Source: an uncultured virus (IMG/VR IMGVR_UViG_3300010334_000053) (lineage: Duplodnaviria; Heunggongvirae; Uroviricota; Caudoviricetes). From it: a stretch of 64,000 nucleotides of DNA. Positions 18,380 through 28,090 of the stretch are shown here, piece by piece (the stretch's first letter is position 1; each line of letters opens with the position of its first letter). A program made the position numbers and the translations under genes. The notes below the pieces were generated by a model that did not search any database, had not been told where the DNA came from, and saw nothing but the letters and a program-made list of their open reading frames with translations. The stretch lies in the IMG/VR virus record IMGVR_UViG_3300010334_000053. One strand, 5' to 3'.

Positions 18380-19317
18380 ATAAACTCTTTCAGCTTAGAA
18401 GTCTCAGGCAGGAATTTGCCAGTCAACCCTAGTTCATCTTTGTAGTTCAGCCAATGATATGTTAAGTTGTCAGGAATGTCAACCCTTGTTGAATCCAGAA
18501 TCTTAAAGTAAGTACAAAGCAAGCGATACATTTGATCGGGATCAAGATTTTCAGCAAGCAACATGTAGAGCTTGTAATAATCCTCTGCATCGTCTTCGGT
18601 AATTTTAAATCCAAGATGTGAGCCAAGCACAGCTAATGCACCTGCTGGTGATACTGCCACTAACTCGCCTGTGTGCTTATCCTTAACGCCTGCGACATGC
18701 CCAAATGATAATCCTGCTATTTGAAACGCACTTAACATCAACTGTGTACGATGCAGACCTTTAACATTTGAATCTTCAGGATATGCAGCCGAGTAGTAGG
18801 AAAACTTCAGCCATTCAAGATTACCTACCATCCAGTCAATTTGTACACCTGTTCCTAAACTGGAGTTATTTTCATCAACCTGTGGATACAGTGTAAAGAT
18901 GTTACCATCTGTTACCTTCTTCCCGTCGCAGAAGATATGTTCAGCATGATCGTTAATGTACTTGGTCAACAACTTAAGAAACGCTTTAATGCGCAGTTGG
19001 TTATCATTACTAGATCGGGCCCGTTTCTTGAGTAGAATAAATTCATTCTCAAATTCTGCGGCAGCTAATCCCCACTCTTCTAAAGACTCATATACATCAT
19101 TCAGATTGAGAATATCGTCAATGCTAACGCCAAGATCAATATCACCACTTACAGCTTTCTTGCCGACAGAACCTAGGGCAATGAAGTGATCTGTATTAAA
19201 AATGTCTTTTTTAGCTGGAAATAAATTAGATAATTCAGCAAAATATGCTGTTAAAGTCGGAGTAATGTGTTCACGCTTGATGCTGCTTGTTTTATCAGCA
19301 AATACGTTTCCGCCCAT
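18376..19317 (-). CDS. Pol-beta superfamily nucleotidyltransferase
   Basis: LGSVGKK..SGDIDL, VQIDWM, KGLHR. Confidence 0.7.
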   Translation of the reverse strand: MGGNVFADKTSSIKREHITPTLTAYFAELSNLFPAKKDIFNTDHFIALGSVGKKAVSGDIDLGVSIDDILNLNDVYESLEEWGLAAAEFENEFILLKKRARSSNDNQLRIKAFLKLLTKYINDHAEHIFCDGKKVTDGNIFTLYPQVDENNSSLGTGVQIDWMVGNLEWLKFSYYSAAYPEDSNVKGLHRTQLMLSAFQIAGLSFGHVAGVKDKHTGELVAVSPAGALAVLGSHLGFKITEDDAEDYYKLYMLLAENLDPDQMYRLLCTYFKILDSTRVDIPDNLTYHWLNYKDELGLTGKFLPETSKLKEFI

Positions 19318-20629
19318 TTGATTTACTTTCTTCTAGTGGTTGAAAAGATAGATACTCAGGATACTCTTTATTAAAATGACGCATTACAATACCAGCAACC
19401 GCATTAGCCTCATTCTCTTCAGGCGATCCTGTGGTAGGATCGATGTCAATGTGTTGTTCATGTTGTTTTGCATGTGCCAATTCATGTGCCAATGTTCTTA
19501 GTATATCAACTGGCTGTCTATTTGCAATGGCTAATTCTAATGTGTATGAATCATTATGAAATCTGCCCATGGTAGGCTGATCACCCGAAGATAATGTCTT
19601 TTTAAGAACAATAGTTGGCATATTATCTAGATTAACAATTTTTTTAGCAAATGGCAAGAACTTTTTTAAGATTTCTTTGAAATCAGCAACATTAATTGAT
19701 TCAGAAATTCCATTTTTTTCGTGAGATGCTTGGCCCATTCCTATATCTGCCAAATCCATTATGTCTTTTTTAGGAACAAGATAAACATCTATCGTTTTTC
19801 GGTTCTCTAAACTTATGGCTTTTTTCATGCGGTTGAGCCCATCGGCAACCGTAAGATGACCATCATCATTCTGTAACACTAATAACGGATAGTTAGTATC
19901 TGCATTAGCCATTCTCTTACGCTGCTCTGGATTATCTTCCCACCAGTCTAAGTCATGCTGTAGTTTGCTTAGTGGAAAGTCTTTTTTGAAGTATACAGGA
20001 TTGCTCTTAGCAAAATCCAATACACTTTCTACGCTCCAAGTATTGCCTTCTTCGTCGCCAAACTTGCTGCCTCGAAAATAATCTTTTTGTTTTGGATGTT
20101 TATCATCTGCAAAGTTTTCATCAATTTTGTCATTCAAAAATGTATCCGCTAAAGCTTTACAGGCTTTTCTAAGATTTTCACTATTTGTTTCTTGTAGCGT
20201 AAATTGCCGAGTGTCGTGTTCATGTTGCGTAGGATCCATATATCCACAGTAAACTTTGTGAACAGGACTTTTGTTAATTAAATCAGTGCAACTTTCTCCA
20301 ACACGGTCATCCATGTGATCTGAGCACGGACTTAGTGTGGTGATAATAATACTGCCTTTGGGAATTTCACCATATTTTTTTGTATAAGCCATCATTGCCG
20401 CCCGCTCGGCGTGGATTCTTCGACCATCTTTTCCGGGAAAGTTTAACCTTGCAACAAGGTTATTGTCAGGATCTAGAACGGCAGCAGCGACCATTCCATA
20501 ATAGTCAGGATCTTTGTCCTGTCCTTGAATAACCATTTCAGCCAATTTTGTTAAAATTCTGTCAAGTTTATCGAGATTTTTAATTTCCCAATCGGCCTGA
20601 TCTTCGACAAAGAATTCTAGTAATTTCAT
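19295..20629 (-). CDS. fusion: Zn-deaminase + ParB-like + HExxH metallopeptidase
   Basis: HAE...TLSPC-x11-C; VADGLNR; LAHELAH..ENEAN; N-term MKLLEFFVE. Confidence 0.7.
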   Translation of the reverse strand: MKLLEFFVEDQADWEIKNLDKLDRILTKLAEMVIQGQDKDPDYYGMVAAAVLDPDNNLVARLNFPGKDGRRIHAERAAMMAYTKKYGEIPKGSIIITTLSPCSDHMDDRVGESCTDLINKSPVHKVYCGYMDPTQHEHDTRQFTLQETNSENLRKACKALADTFLNDKIDENFADDKHPKQKDYFRGSKFGDEEGNTWSVESVLDFAKSNPVYFKKDFPLSKLQHDLDWWEDNPEQRKRMANADTNYPLLVLQNDDGHLTVADGLNRMKKAISLENRKTIDVYLVPKKDIMDLADIGMGQASHEKNGISESINVADFKEILKKFLPFAKKIVNLDNMPTIVLKKTLSSGDQPTMGRFHNDSYTLELAIANRQPVDILRTLAHELAHAKQHEQHIDIDPTTGSPEENEANAVAGIVMRHFNKEYPEYLSFQPLEESKSNGRKRIC

Positions 20630-20630
20630 A

Positions 20631-21020
20631 TTACTTGCCTAAGTCGTATTCGTCTCCGACTACATCCTTGTGAAAGTGTTCAGCTAACCGTTTACATAAA
20701 TCAATTCGAAATTTTTTATTAAATATTTCTTTTGGATTTCCCGGAATATCATTTTCTTCGTAATATTTGATACATCCAGAGTTTACCATAGGTTTCCAAA
20801 CTTTGTAATCGTGAAGATCGTGCTCATCATCAAGTGTTTTTTTAAGCTCTCTGGCGATTGGCATAAAGTATTTTTTATATAAGTCATCGTCATCGATAAT
20901 AAACCAAAAAATCTCATCGGATAGTCGGTTTTCTTCTTCTTTATCCATTTTATTAGGATCTTTTTTTGTTTCTTTATTGGCGTCATGGGAGATATTGCCA
21001 AAAAATTCACAGAGTTTCAT
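20631..21020 (-). CDS. hypothetical protein with capsid-targeting-like N-terminus
   Basis: MKLCEFF; ATAAATA motif upstream. Confidence 0.7.
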   Translation of the reverse strand: MKLCEFFGNISHDANKETKKDPNKMDKEEENRLSDEIFWFIIDDDDLYKKYFMPIARELKKTLDDEHDLHDYKVWKPMVNSGCIKYYEENDIPGNPKEIFNKKFRIDLCKRLAEHFHKDVVGDEYDLGK

Positions 21021-21044
21021 AAAATTAACCTCGATTGATTTATA

Positions 21045-21051
21045 TATTTAT
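21045..21051 (-). promoter_or_regulatory. putative late promoter (ATAAATA, T4 TATAAATA-like)
   Basis: Same motif just upstream of many structural-type genes (also 21544, 25836, 27171, 33171, 35826, 38210, 40333, 60574; + strand 55624, 63180). Confidence 0.55.
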
Positions 21052-21056
21052 GTGAA

Positions 21057-21524
21057 TTAATAATTCAATCGTACCGATTGTAATGTGCCCTGTCGTATAT
21101 CAAGTCGTACTCTGCACCATGCATAGTCTCCTGTAAAAATAACAGCAGAAGTATAAGTTGGACGGCTAACTGCGCCACTAAATCCGCCACTAACTCCAGC
21201 ACTGCCAGTTGTTTCCAGGCCAGTGTAAGTGATTCTGGTAGCCGTTAAATCAGTCCAGTCATTTTCTCCTGGATTAGGAGTTGTCGTAACTTGGATCATA
21301 CATGAACCCTTGAATGATCCTTCAATGGTATAGGCAACATTATGCAATCTGCTGCCTAACCGAAAATATCCAGTACTACGAATGGGAGTACTGAATAGAG
21401 TGAGTGTGGTAGGAGGTCTTTGTCCATTTACCATTTGCGGCATGGTTATACTGCATTGGGTATTGTGACTATTTCTAGTCAACCATGGATTATAAAACTC
21501 AAATGCTTGACTTATTGATGGCAT
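21057..21524 (-). CDS. hypothetical, beta-rich probable structural protein
   Basis: Thr/Ser/Gly-rich, FTGDYAWCRVR C-terminus, late motif upstream. Confidence 0.6.
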   Translation of the reverse strand: MPSISQAFEFYNPWLTRNSHNTQCSITMPQMVNGQRPPTTLTLFSTPIRSTGYFRLGSRLHNVAYTIEGSFKGSCMIQVTTTPNPGENDWTDLTATRITYTGLETTGSAGVSGGFSGAVSRPTYTSAVIFTGDYAWCRVRLDIRQGTLQSVRLNY

Positions 21525-22219
21525 ATATCGTCCTCAGATACACTATTTATTAGTGTACTTCGGACAATATAGTGCTCTGTCTTTAATAAATTTTTACCTA
21601 AGTATAGTTGAATAAATGCCAAGGATTTATCATTTTCTATATCAAATGTTATGTAAGTTCGCCATCTCTTGATTCCTTGAAACCACTCTTTTGTGTAGTA
21701 AGGAATATCTATGCTATCTTCATAGTTGATTAACCAGTTGTGCATTTTCAATCGGTCATCCACTGGCATTAATTGATTTAGATAAACTCTATACTGAAAT
21801 TTACCACCTGGAAGTTTATTGCATAATTTAATATGCTTTTTTTCAAATAACTTGATCAATTCTTCATTACCGGTAGGCTCGGTGATCTCTGTTATCCAAG
21901 ATGATATAGCCGTGATGATTTTTTGATGAGTGTCATTATCTGCCGAATAAAACATGATATAACTGCCCTCACACCGTACTTTAATTGATTTATCGTTGAG
22001 AATATCTTCACTGTCATTGATAAACTTTAGTAGTTCCGCACGAGCATGTACACTGATATCATATCGTTTGTGAATCTCCATTACACTGGTTGGATCACAG
22101 TATTTTTTTGTCGATGCCAACCCAAGTACTCTAATCAAGTATATATTTTTAACTAATGCTTCTACTTTATACGGATATTTTCCGTAATACAGCTTTTTAG
22201 TCTTCTGATACTTCATCAA
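21512..22219 (-). CDS. hypothetical protein
   Basis: 235-aa ORF in operon. Confidence 0.65.
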   Translation of the reverse strand: MMKYQKTKKLYYGKYPYKVEALVKNIYLIRVLGLASTKKYCDPTSVMEIHKRYDISVHARAELLKFINDSEDILNDKSIKVRCEGSYIMFYSADNDTHQKIITAISSWITEITEPTGNEELIKLFEKKHIKLCNKLPGGKFQYRVYLNQLMPVDDRLKMHNWLINYEDSIDIPYYTKEWFQGIKRWRTYITFDIENDKSLAFIQLYLGKNLLKTEHYIVRSTLINSVSEDDICHQ

Positions 22220-24476
22220 TTTGTTCCTTTACTTTAGGAGTTTTCTTCGCAAGTACATCAATAAAATTAAATTCAAAGTCGTCATCTTTTGCAGTGATTT
22301 CCACTACTCCACCGTTTACTAGTTTACCAAACAGTATTTCTTTGCTCAGTGGCTTTTTGATAAACTCATCAATTGTACGACCAAGAGGTCTTGCGCCCAT
22401 TTTGCTATTGAATCCCTTCTTGATGAGTAATTCTACAGCATCCGGAGTTGGCTTGACAAACACATTCTTGTCCTTGATCTGTGCATTTAGGCTGTCAATA
22501 AATTTCTTGACAATTTTGATCATGACTATGTGATCTAACTTGCCAAATTCAACAATGCCATCTAGACGATTGCGGAATTCTGGTTTAAAGAAGCCATTAA
22601 CTGCGTTTGTTATTTCTCCAGTTCGATCTTGATTGCCAAATCCTACACCATTTTTCTCGGCATCACTTGCTCCTAGATTTGAGGTAAGAATAATTGTGCA
22701 ATTTCTACCGTCTGCCTTTTTGCCATTGGATCCTGTTACGATGCCACTGTCCATTAGACCAAGTAATATATTACTTACACTAGGATGTGCCTTCTCAATT
22801 TCATCAAACAGTAGTACGCAGTTAGGATGCTCCTGTAGTTTGGTTATCAATTGTCCAGCATTATCTTCAAATCCTGCATATCCTGGAGGAGCGCCGATAA
22901 ACTTAGCAACGGAGTGTGATTCTTGAAACTCACTCATGTCAAACCGTATAAGTTGTACGTTCAACGATTCCGCAAGTGCTTTTGCCGTTTCAGTTTTGCC
23001 GCATCCAGTTGGACCAACAAACAAAAAGCTACCTATTGGCTTATCATGTGCTTTTAATCCAGCTTGTGCAATAAAAATCTTATCTAATAGAATATCAATT
23101 GCATTGTCTTGTCCATACACTCTTGTGCGCATGTTCTTCTCAAGATTCTTGAGATTCTTGTTTTCTTTGGCAGCAATTTGTTCAACAGGCAAATTTGCCT
23201 GCTTTGCAACTTCAAAAACAATTTCATCGTGATCGACTATTCCACCAGTCTCGTCTCTGATTTTAAATCTAGCACATGCACTATCAATCAAGTCAATTGC
23301 CTTGTCTGGAAGATGCCGACCAGTTAGATATTTGGAACTATATGTCACGGCATCGGTGATTGCTTGATTTGTGATTTTAACGTCATGATGCTTTTCATAA
23401 AATTTCTTAAGTCCTTTGATGATTTTAATTGCCATTGTTTCGGATGGCTCATCAATAATGACTCGTTGAAATCTACGCATTAATGCACGATCTTTTTCAA
23501 AGTGCTTTCGGAATTCCTCCCACGTAGTTGATGCAATTACTTTGAGTGTTCCATTACTCAGTGCTGGCTTAATCATGTTACTCATATCATTGGGACCACC
23601 ACCAACTGCACCCGCTCCGCTCATCATGTGTGCCTCATCAATGAACACAATGCAGTTCTTTCGCTTTTCCAGTGCATTAATAACTGCCTTGAGACGCTCT
23701 TCAAAGTCACCTCGATATTTTGAACCTGCAAGCATTGCACTGATATCTAGGTTATAAATTGTATGATTTTTTATATAGTTTGGAACAGTGCCTTCGACGA
23801 TTTTACGAGCCAATCCTTCGGCGATTGCAGTTTTACCAACACCGGGTTCACCAATCATCATGACACTGGACTTTTGACGCCTTGCCAGTACAAGTAGAAT
23901 GTCATCAATTTCTTTTTCTCGACCAATTACTGGATCAATTTGCTTTTCAAGTACTTTGGCATTAAGATTTGTGCAAAACTGTACCAGAACTTTTTCAATT
24001 TGACTTAGGCTTGAATCCTCGTCAGTTTCGTTTGGTGTATCAAATGAGCTTTTATTCAGATAGCTGATAAATGCATCTTGATCTATATTTGCCAGTTTGA
24101 TGAAATGTACGGCATGACTTTTCTTTTCTGAAAATATTGCAAGAAAACAATCTCTTGGCTCAATTACCGTCCGACCAGCAAACAAAACTTGAGTGAATGC
24201 ACGATTAAGAACACGTTCAACGCTATTGGTCTTTCGTGGTCTTCCTTCAAGCTTTTCGACCTTGATGTCTCCAAGGTCGTTTTTAATATACTCATTCAAA
24301 TTGTTTTTTAGAGAATTCGTATCTACGCCAAAATCAATCAACAACTCATTAAATTTATTGTCGGTTACTATACTATGAAGCAAATGTTCTAACGTGACGT
24401 ATTCGTGTTTATTTTTGGTTGCATTTTTAATTGCTCGTTCAAAAATTGCAGCCAAATCTGGCGTTGGTTCTAACAT
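22197..24476 (-). CDS. clpA: ClpA-type ATP-dependent chaperone
   Basis: [11 protein letters not shown]-domain; GEPGVGKT and [15 protein letters not shown]; no ClpB middle domain. Confidence 0.92.
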   Translation of the reverse strand: MLEPTPDLAAIFERAIKNATKNKHEYVTLEHLLHSIVTDNKFNELLIDFGVDTNSLKNNLNEYIKNDLGDIKVEKLEGRPRKTNSVERVLNRAFTQVLFAGRTVIEPRDCFLAIFSEKKSHAVHFIKLANIDQDAFISYLNKSSFDTPNETDEDSSLSQIEKVLVQFCTNLNAKVLEKQIDPVIGREKEIDDILLVLARRQKSSVMMIGEPGVGKTAIAEGLARKIVEGTVPNYIKNHTIYNLDISAMLAGSKYRGDFEERLKAVINALEKRKNCIVFIDEAHMMSGAGAVGGGPNDMSNMIKPALSNGTLKVIASTTWEEFRKHFEKDRALMRRFQRVIIDEPSETMAIKIIKGLKKFYEKHHDVKITNQAITDAVTYSSKYLTGRHLPDKAIDLIDSACARFKIRDETGGIVDHDEIVFEVAKQANLPVEQIAAKENKNLKNLEKNMRTRVYGQDNAIDILLDKIFIAQAGLKAHDKPIGSFLFVGPTGCGKTETAKALAESLNVQLIRFDMSEFQESHSVAKFIGAPPGYAGFEDNAGQLITKLQEHPNCVLLFDEIEKAHPSVSNILLGLMDSGIVTGSNGKKADGRNCTIILTSNLGASDAEKNGVGFGNQDRTGEITNAVNGFFKPEFRNRLDGIVEFGKLDHIVMIKIVKKFIDSLNAQIKDKNVFVKPTPDAVELLIKKGFNSKMGARPLGRTIDEFIKKPLSKEILFGKLVNGGVVEITAKDDDFEFNFIDVLAKKTPKVKEQIDEVSED

Positions 24477-24487
24477 TTAAACTCCTT

Positions 24488-25321
24488 TTAGTTTATGTTA
24501 ATGGTTTTTAGAAGATTCTTTTGATCTTCAGTCAATTTTGGTACGGTAATTTTTACTTTTACTAATAGTCTTCCTCTTTGAGAGGGATTATTAAAATTAG
24601 GCATACCGTGTCCTGATATTCCTAGGATAGTTTCATTTTGTACGCCGGAGGGAATAGTTGTTTCAAGGATCTTATTATCGATTCCTTCGACAGTTATGGT
24701 GCATCCAGTCATTGCATCAATGCAGTTAATCTCAACTTCCTGAATAAGATCATCGCCAGACCGTTTAAACTTTGCATGATTTTCAATATGCACAGTTAGG
24801 AGTATATCTCCCCTAGGCGCATTAGGAACTCGATCATCTCCTATTCCTGAAAGTTTGAGAGTTAATCCCTCATGAACTCCTCTTGGAATTTTTACATTAA
24901 TTTCCTGCTCTTTGCCACTTGGCAAGGTCACATTTGCAAATAATTCTTTGCCGTTAAACGCATCTTCCAGTGAAATTGAAGTTTGTAATTGAATATTTTG
25001 ATTAGTTGGACCACGTCTGTGAAAACCAAACATATCGCCGAATGGATTTCCATTTCCAAAAAACTGCTCAAACCCACCTGGTCCACCAAACTCAAAGTGA
25101 AATCCTCCGGGTCCTTGATGAAACTGTGATTGGGGAGAGTCATATTCTGTTCTTTTTTGAGGATCTCCTAGAACAGAATATGCTTCTTGAATTTTTTGAA
25201 ATTGTTCAGCATCACCGCCTCGATCTGGATGATGCTTCATTGCCAGTGAGCGAAAAGATTGTTTAATTTCTTGCTCACTGGCATTTTTACTTACGCCTAA
25301 AATTTCATAATAATCTGTCAT
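24488..25321 (-). CDS. DnaJ/CbpA-type co-chaperone (class B)
   Basis: J domain DYYEILGV..HPD, G/F region, no Zn finger. Confidence 0.92.
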   Translation of the reverse strand: MTDYYEILGVSKNASEQEIKQSFRSLAMKHHPDRGGDAEQFQKIQEAYSVLGDPQKRTEYDSPQSQFHQGPGGFHFEFGGPGGFEQFFGNGNPFGDMFGFHRRGPTNQNIQLQTSISLEDAFNGKELFANVTLPSGKEQEINVKIPRGVHEGLTLKLSGIGDDRVPNAPRGDILLTVHIENHAKFKRSGDDLIQEVEINCIDAMTGCTITVEGIDNKILETTIPSGVQNETILGISGHGMPNFNNPSQRGRLLVKVKITVPKLTEDQKNLLKTININ

Positions 25322-25349
25322 TTTTAAAATCCGTTATAATGTAATATTA

Positions 25350-25378
25350 ATTATACAGATTTTTACTAGCAATGTCAA
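25350..25378 (-). promoter_or_regulatory. sigma70-like promoter for dnaJ-clpA
   Basis: Perfect TTGACA-17-TATAAT. Confidence 0.75.
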
Positions 25379-25379
25379 A

Positions 25380-25775
25380 TTAAGAATTAATCAAAAATCC
25401 AGTATCAAGTAGCTCTAATTCATTTTCTCTATCAATGTATTTGTATTCTACTTTAGTAGGTTCAAATGGCTCAATTGCTGCAAATACATCCTGAATATTT
25501 AAAGCACTACACGTATATACATCTAGCTGCATCATTGCAGGCTCGCATTCGTCCCATACATGCATTGCAATATGGCTAGTTTCAATAATAGTCACGGCGG
25601 TCAGTCCGCGATTACCGACCATGTCAGAATATACAGCGTAGGGGCCCATTAAAATTTTCATATCGATTTGACCTACTAGATTTTTCATCCAGTCTTGAAT
25701 CGCTTCGGCACATTGTGGTGGATTATTTAACTCTGCTCTGACGATAAGATGCTTGTGTTCAAGTACTTTACCCAT
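25380..25775 (-). CDS. S-adenosylmethionine decarboxylase proenzyme (SpeD/SpeH-like)
   Basis: IETSHIAMHVW self-cleavage motif, LDVYTC; start reassigned to MGKVLEH. Confidence 0.8.
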   Translation of the reverse strand: MGKVLEHKHLIVRAELNNPPQCAEAIQDWMKNLVGQIDMKILMGPYAVYSDMVGNRGLTAVTIIETSHIAMHVWDECEPAMMQLDVYTCSALNIQDVFAAIEPFEPTKVEYKYIDRENELELLDTGFLINS

Positions 25776-25865
25776 TTCATACCTTCCCTGTTTAAATGGT
25801 GATATCCGCATGGATAGAAATCGTCCGCGGTGTTTTATTTATTCTTTTTTATAGATAAATTTAAT

Positions 25866-26627
25866 TTACCAAGTGTTTTTTGTAATTATAACAGCTTTTT
25901 CACCATTTCTGATCAAGAAATGGTCTTCTATTTTATGAATTTCATAGTTGCCTAAATACTTATTCAGGTATAATACTTGATTTTGACTCTGTTCGTCAAG
26001 TTGAATAGCACCTGAAAGTTCATTTTTTAATATGGCATATTCTCCAATTGCAACTACATTTGCTGTCAATAGTCCAGCATATGGTTTGTTAAAAGAGATA
26101 TTCCTATTTTCGTCAATTTCAACGGAATCAATTGCTCCTTGGTTGAAAAACTCGCCAATTTCAGAAACATCAGAATCTTTAGTTGCGGTGTTATATTTTT
26201 CCGGTGTTAACGGTACATATTTGGCAAATGTTTCTCTGTCAAAATCGTGACCAACTGCGTCCTTGTACCAACGAAATCGCCAGTTATCAATATCACATAG
26301 TTCTGATATTCCATTTAGTAATTCTGATACATACTTGGCAGCATCATCATTTCTTTCTATTTCTACAAAAACGCTATATGCACCGTTTTTCTCTTCTCCT
26401 GAGCTTATGTCAGAGTCCAATACGAATGCATATCCCTTTTCAATGAACTCCATCAAATCAATTGCAGGTTCTTTGTTAAATGCATGAAACTTTAAAACAA
26501 TAGTGTCTTCGTCGTTTCCCATTTTACTCTGATATTGATCTACCGTAAAAATTCGATTGATCGCATCACTGAGGTCTCCTGCATGAAGGCCTTCGGATAA
26601 ATTAGGAACTTTGTTCTGGGAGTTCAT
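25866..26627 (-). CDS. hypothetical phage protein
   Basis: Long ORF; start reassigned to MNSQNK to reduce overlap. Confidence 0.65.
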   Translation of the reverse strand: MNSQNKVPNLSEGLHAGDLSDAINRIFTVDQYQSKMGNDEDTIVLKFHAFNKEPAIDLMEFIEKGYAFVLDSDISSGEEKNGAYSVFVEIERNDDAAKYVSELLNGISELCDIDNWRFRWYKDAVGHDFDRETFAKYVPLTPEKYNTATKDSDVSEIGEFFNQGAIDSVEIDENRNISFNKPYAGLLTANVVAIGEYAILKNELSGAIQLDEQSQNQVLYLNKYLGNYEIHKIEDHFLIRNGEKAVIITKNTW

Positions 26628-27147
26628 TTGAGACTGGTTCATTGGGTAGAGCTTCCTGTGCTGCTTCATTTGGATTGATTGCTTCATTTTTGTCAATATC
26701 GATATGATCTTTGACATACTCGCTTTGTTGGCGTTTTTGGCCCTGGTATATGTCTTGCATTAATTTCTTTGGTATAGTTAATTTTACTAACCATATAGGC
26801 TGAGTGTCTATTTTGCCTTTTTTTGTTCCTGGACGAAAATCGTTGTGTGTATATATTTTTCTGGGAACCATAAGATTAGATTTTTGATAAGAGATTTTAC
26901 ATCCATAATCTAGAAGTCGTTCTCCTCCAACTGGATCTGGCATATTTTTTTCTGGCCACATGAAAGTGCATGACACTGTGTGCCTATGTACCTCTGGTCC
27001 CATCATCAATTCACCATCTTCCCAGTTTTTAAAAACATATATATCAAGATCGTCCAAGACTCTTTCAAAGTCCTTTAGGATCTTGAATGCATTGTCATTT
27101 GTGGTCAATGCTTCGATTGTTTTGATAATATCTACTATGTCATGCAT
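26602..27147 (-). CDS. hypothetical phage protein
   Basis: ORF with late motif upstream. Confidence 0.7.
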   Translation of the reverse strand: MHDIVDIIKTIEALTTNDNAFKILKDFERVLDDLDIYVFKNWEDGELMMGPEVHRHTVSCTFMWPEKNMPDPVGGERLLDYGCKISYQKSNLMVPRKIYTHNDFRPGTKKGKIDTQPIWLVKLTIPKKLMQDIYQGQKRQQSEYVKDHIDIDKNEAINPNEAAQEALPNEPVSNELPEQSS

Positions 27148-27263
27148 GGCGTTTCTCTTTTTTGTATCAATATTTATATAATTTCAAAAAAATGGTGTTT
27201 GGTTAGGTTTTTTAGAAATTCAGATAATTAAGTGTGCAGGTCGAAAACTTTAGGAGATACAAT

Positions 27264-28016
27264 TTGTCTAGACTAAAGAAACGCAATGGTACTTATAATA
27301 ACCAGACAAATTCGCAGCGCGATGAGTCACCTAATCTCATCGAAATTAAAAACTATATTAAGAAAAAACAGAATGTTCAAATTATTCCTCGTAACACTAG
27401 TCAGGAAAATTATTTAGAACTTTTGAGAAATCCCCGAAAATATATTATCTTTGCTATCGGTCCTGCCGGTACGGGTAAAACTATGCTCGGAGTACAGCAT
27501 GCCATCAAGCAATTCAAAGAGGGGGTGGTTGACAAAATAGTCATTACACGGCCTGCTGTATCAGTTGACGAAGAACATGGATTCTTGCCAGGAACATTAG
27601 AACAAAAAATGGAACCTTGGACAAGGCCTATATTTGATGTTTTTAAAGAATACTATCATCCAAAAGAAATTACTGCCATGTTAGAAAGTGGAGTGGTGGA
27701 AATAAGTCCACTTGCTTATATGCGCGGCAGAACATTTAAGGATGCATACATAGTAGCGGATGAAATGCAGAATGCTACTCCTAGCCAAATGAAAATGTTA
27801 CTTACTCGTATTGGCGAAAACAGTCGAATGATTGTTACTGGAGATTTGCAGCAGGCAGACAGGCCTACTACTAATGGTCTTTTAGATTTTATCGAAAGAA
27901 TCAAAGGACATTCCGGTCATAAAATGATCGATATCGCAAGATTTGAAACTAAAGATATTGAACGTCATCCTGCGGTAAAAGAAATATTATCAATCTATAA
28001 GGAGCTTGATGACTGA
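27264..28016 (+). CDS. phoH: PhoH-family ATPase
   Basis: GPAGTGKT, RPAV, RGRTF, DEMQN, TGDLQQ; TTG start after AGGAG. Confidence 0.93.
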   Translation: MSRLKKRNGTYNNQTNSQRDESPNLIEIKNYIKKKQNVQIIPRNTSQENYLELLRNPRKYIIFAIGPAGTGKTMLGVQHAIKQFKEGVVDKIVITRPAVSVDEEHGFLPGTLEQKMEPWTRPIFDVFKEYYHPKEITAMLESGVVEISPLAYMRGRTFKDAYIVADEMQNATPSQMKMLLTRIGENSRMIVTGDLQQADRPTTNGLLDFIERIKGHSGHKMIDIARFETKDIERHPAVKEILSIYKELDD

Positions 28017-28043
28017 TAAATTATAACCCCTAGCCGATATATG

Positions 28044-28087
28044 AAACCCGCGTAACAATCGACCTGCAAATCAAGTTACGCGGGTTT
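28044..28087. terminator. bidirectional terminator between convergent genes
   Basis: 13-bp inverted repeat AAACCCGCGTAAC/GTTACGCGGGTTT. Confidence 0.65.
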
Positions 28088-28090
28088 TCA

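Noticed and set aside
25780..25835. Hairpin upstream of SAM decarboxylase as a SAM-II/V riboswitch
   Set aside because: GATTT and TAAA..AGGG are present, but the pseudoknot pairing and other conserved elements could not be matched.
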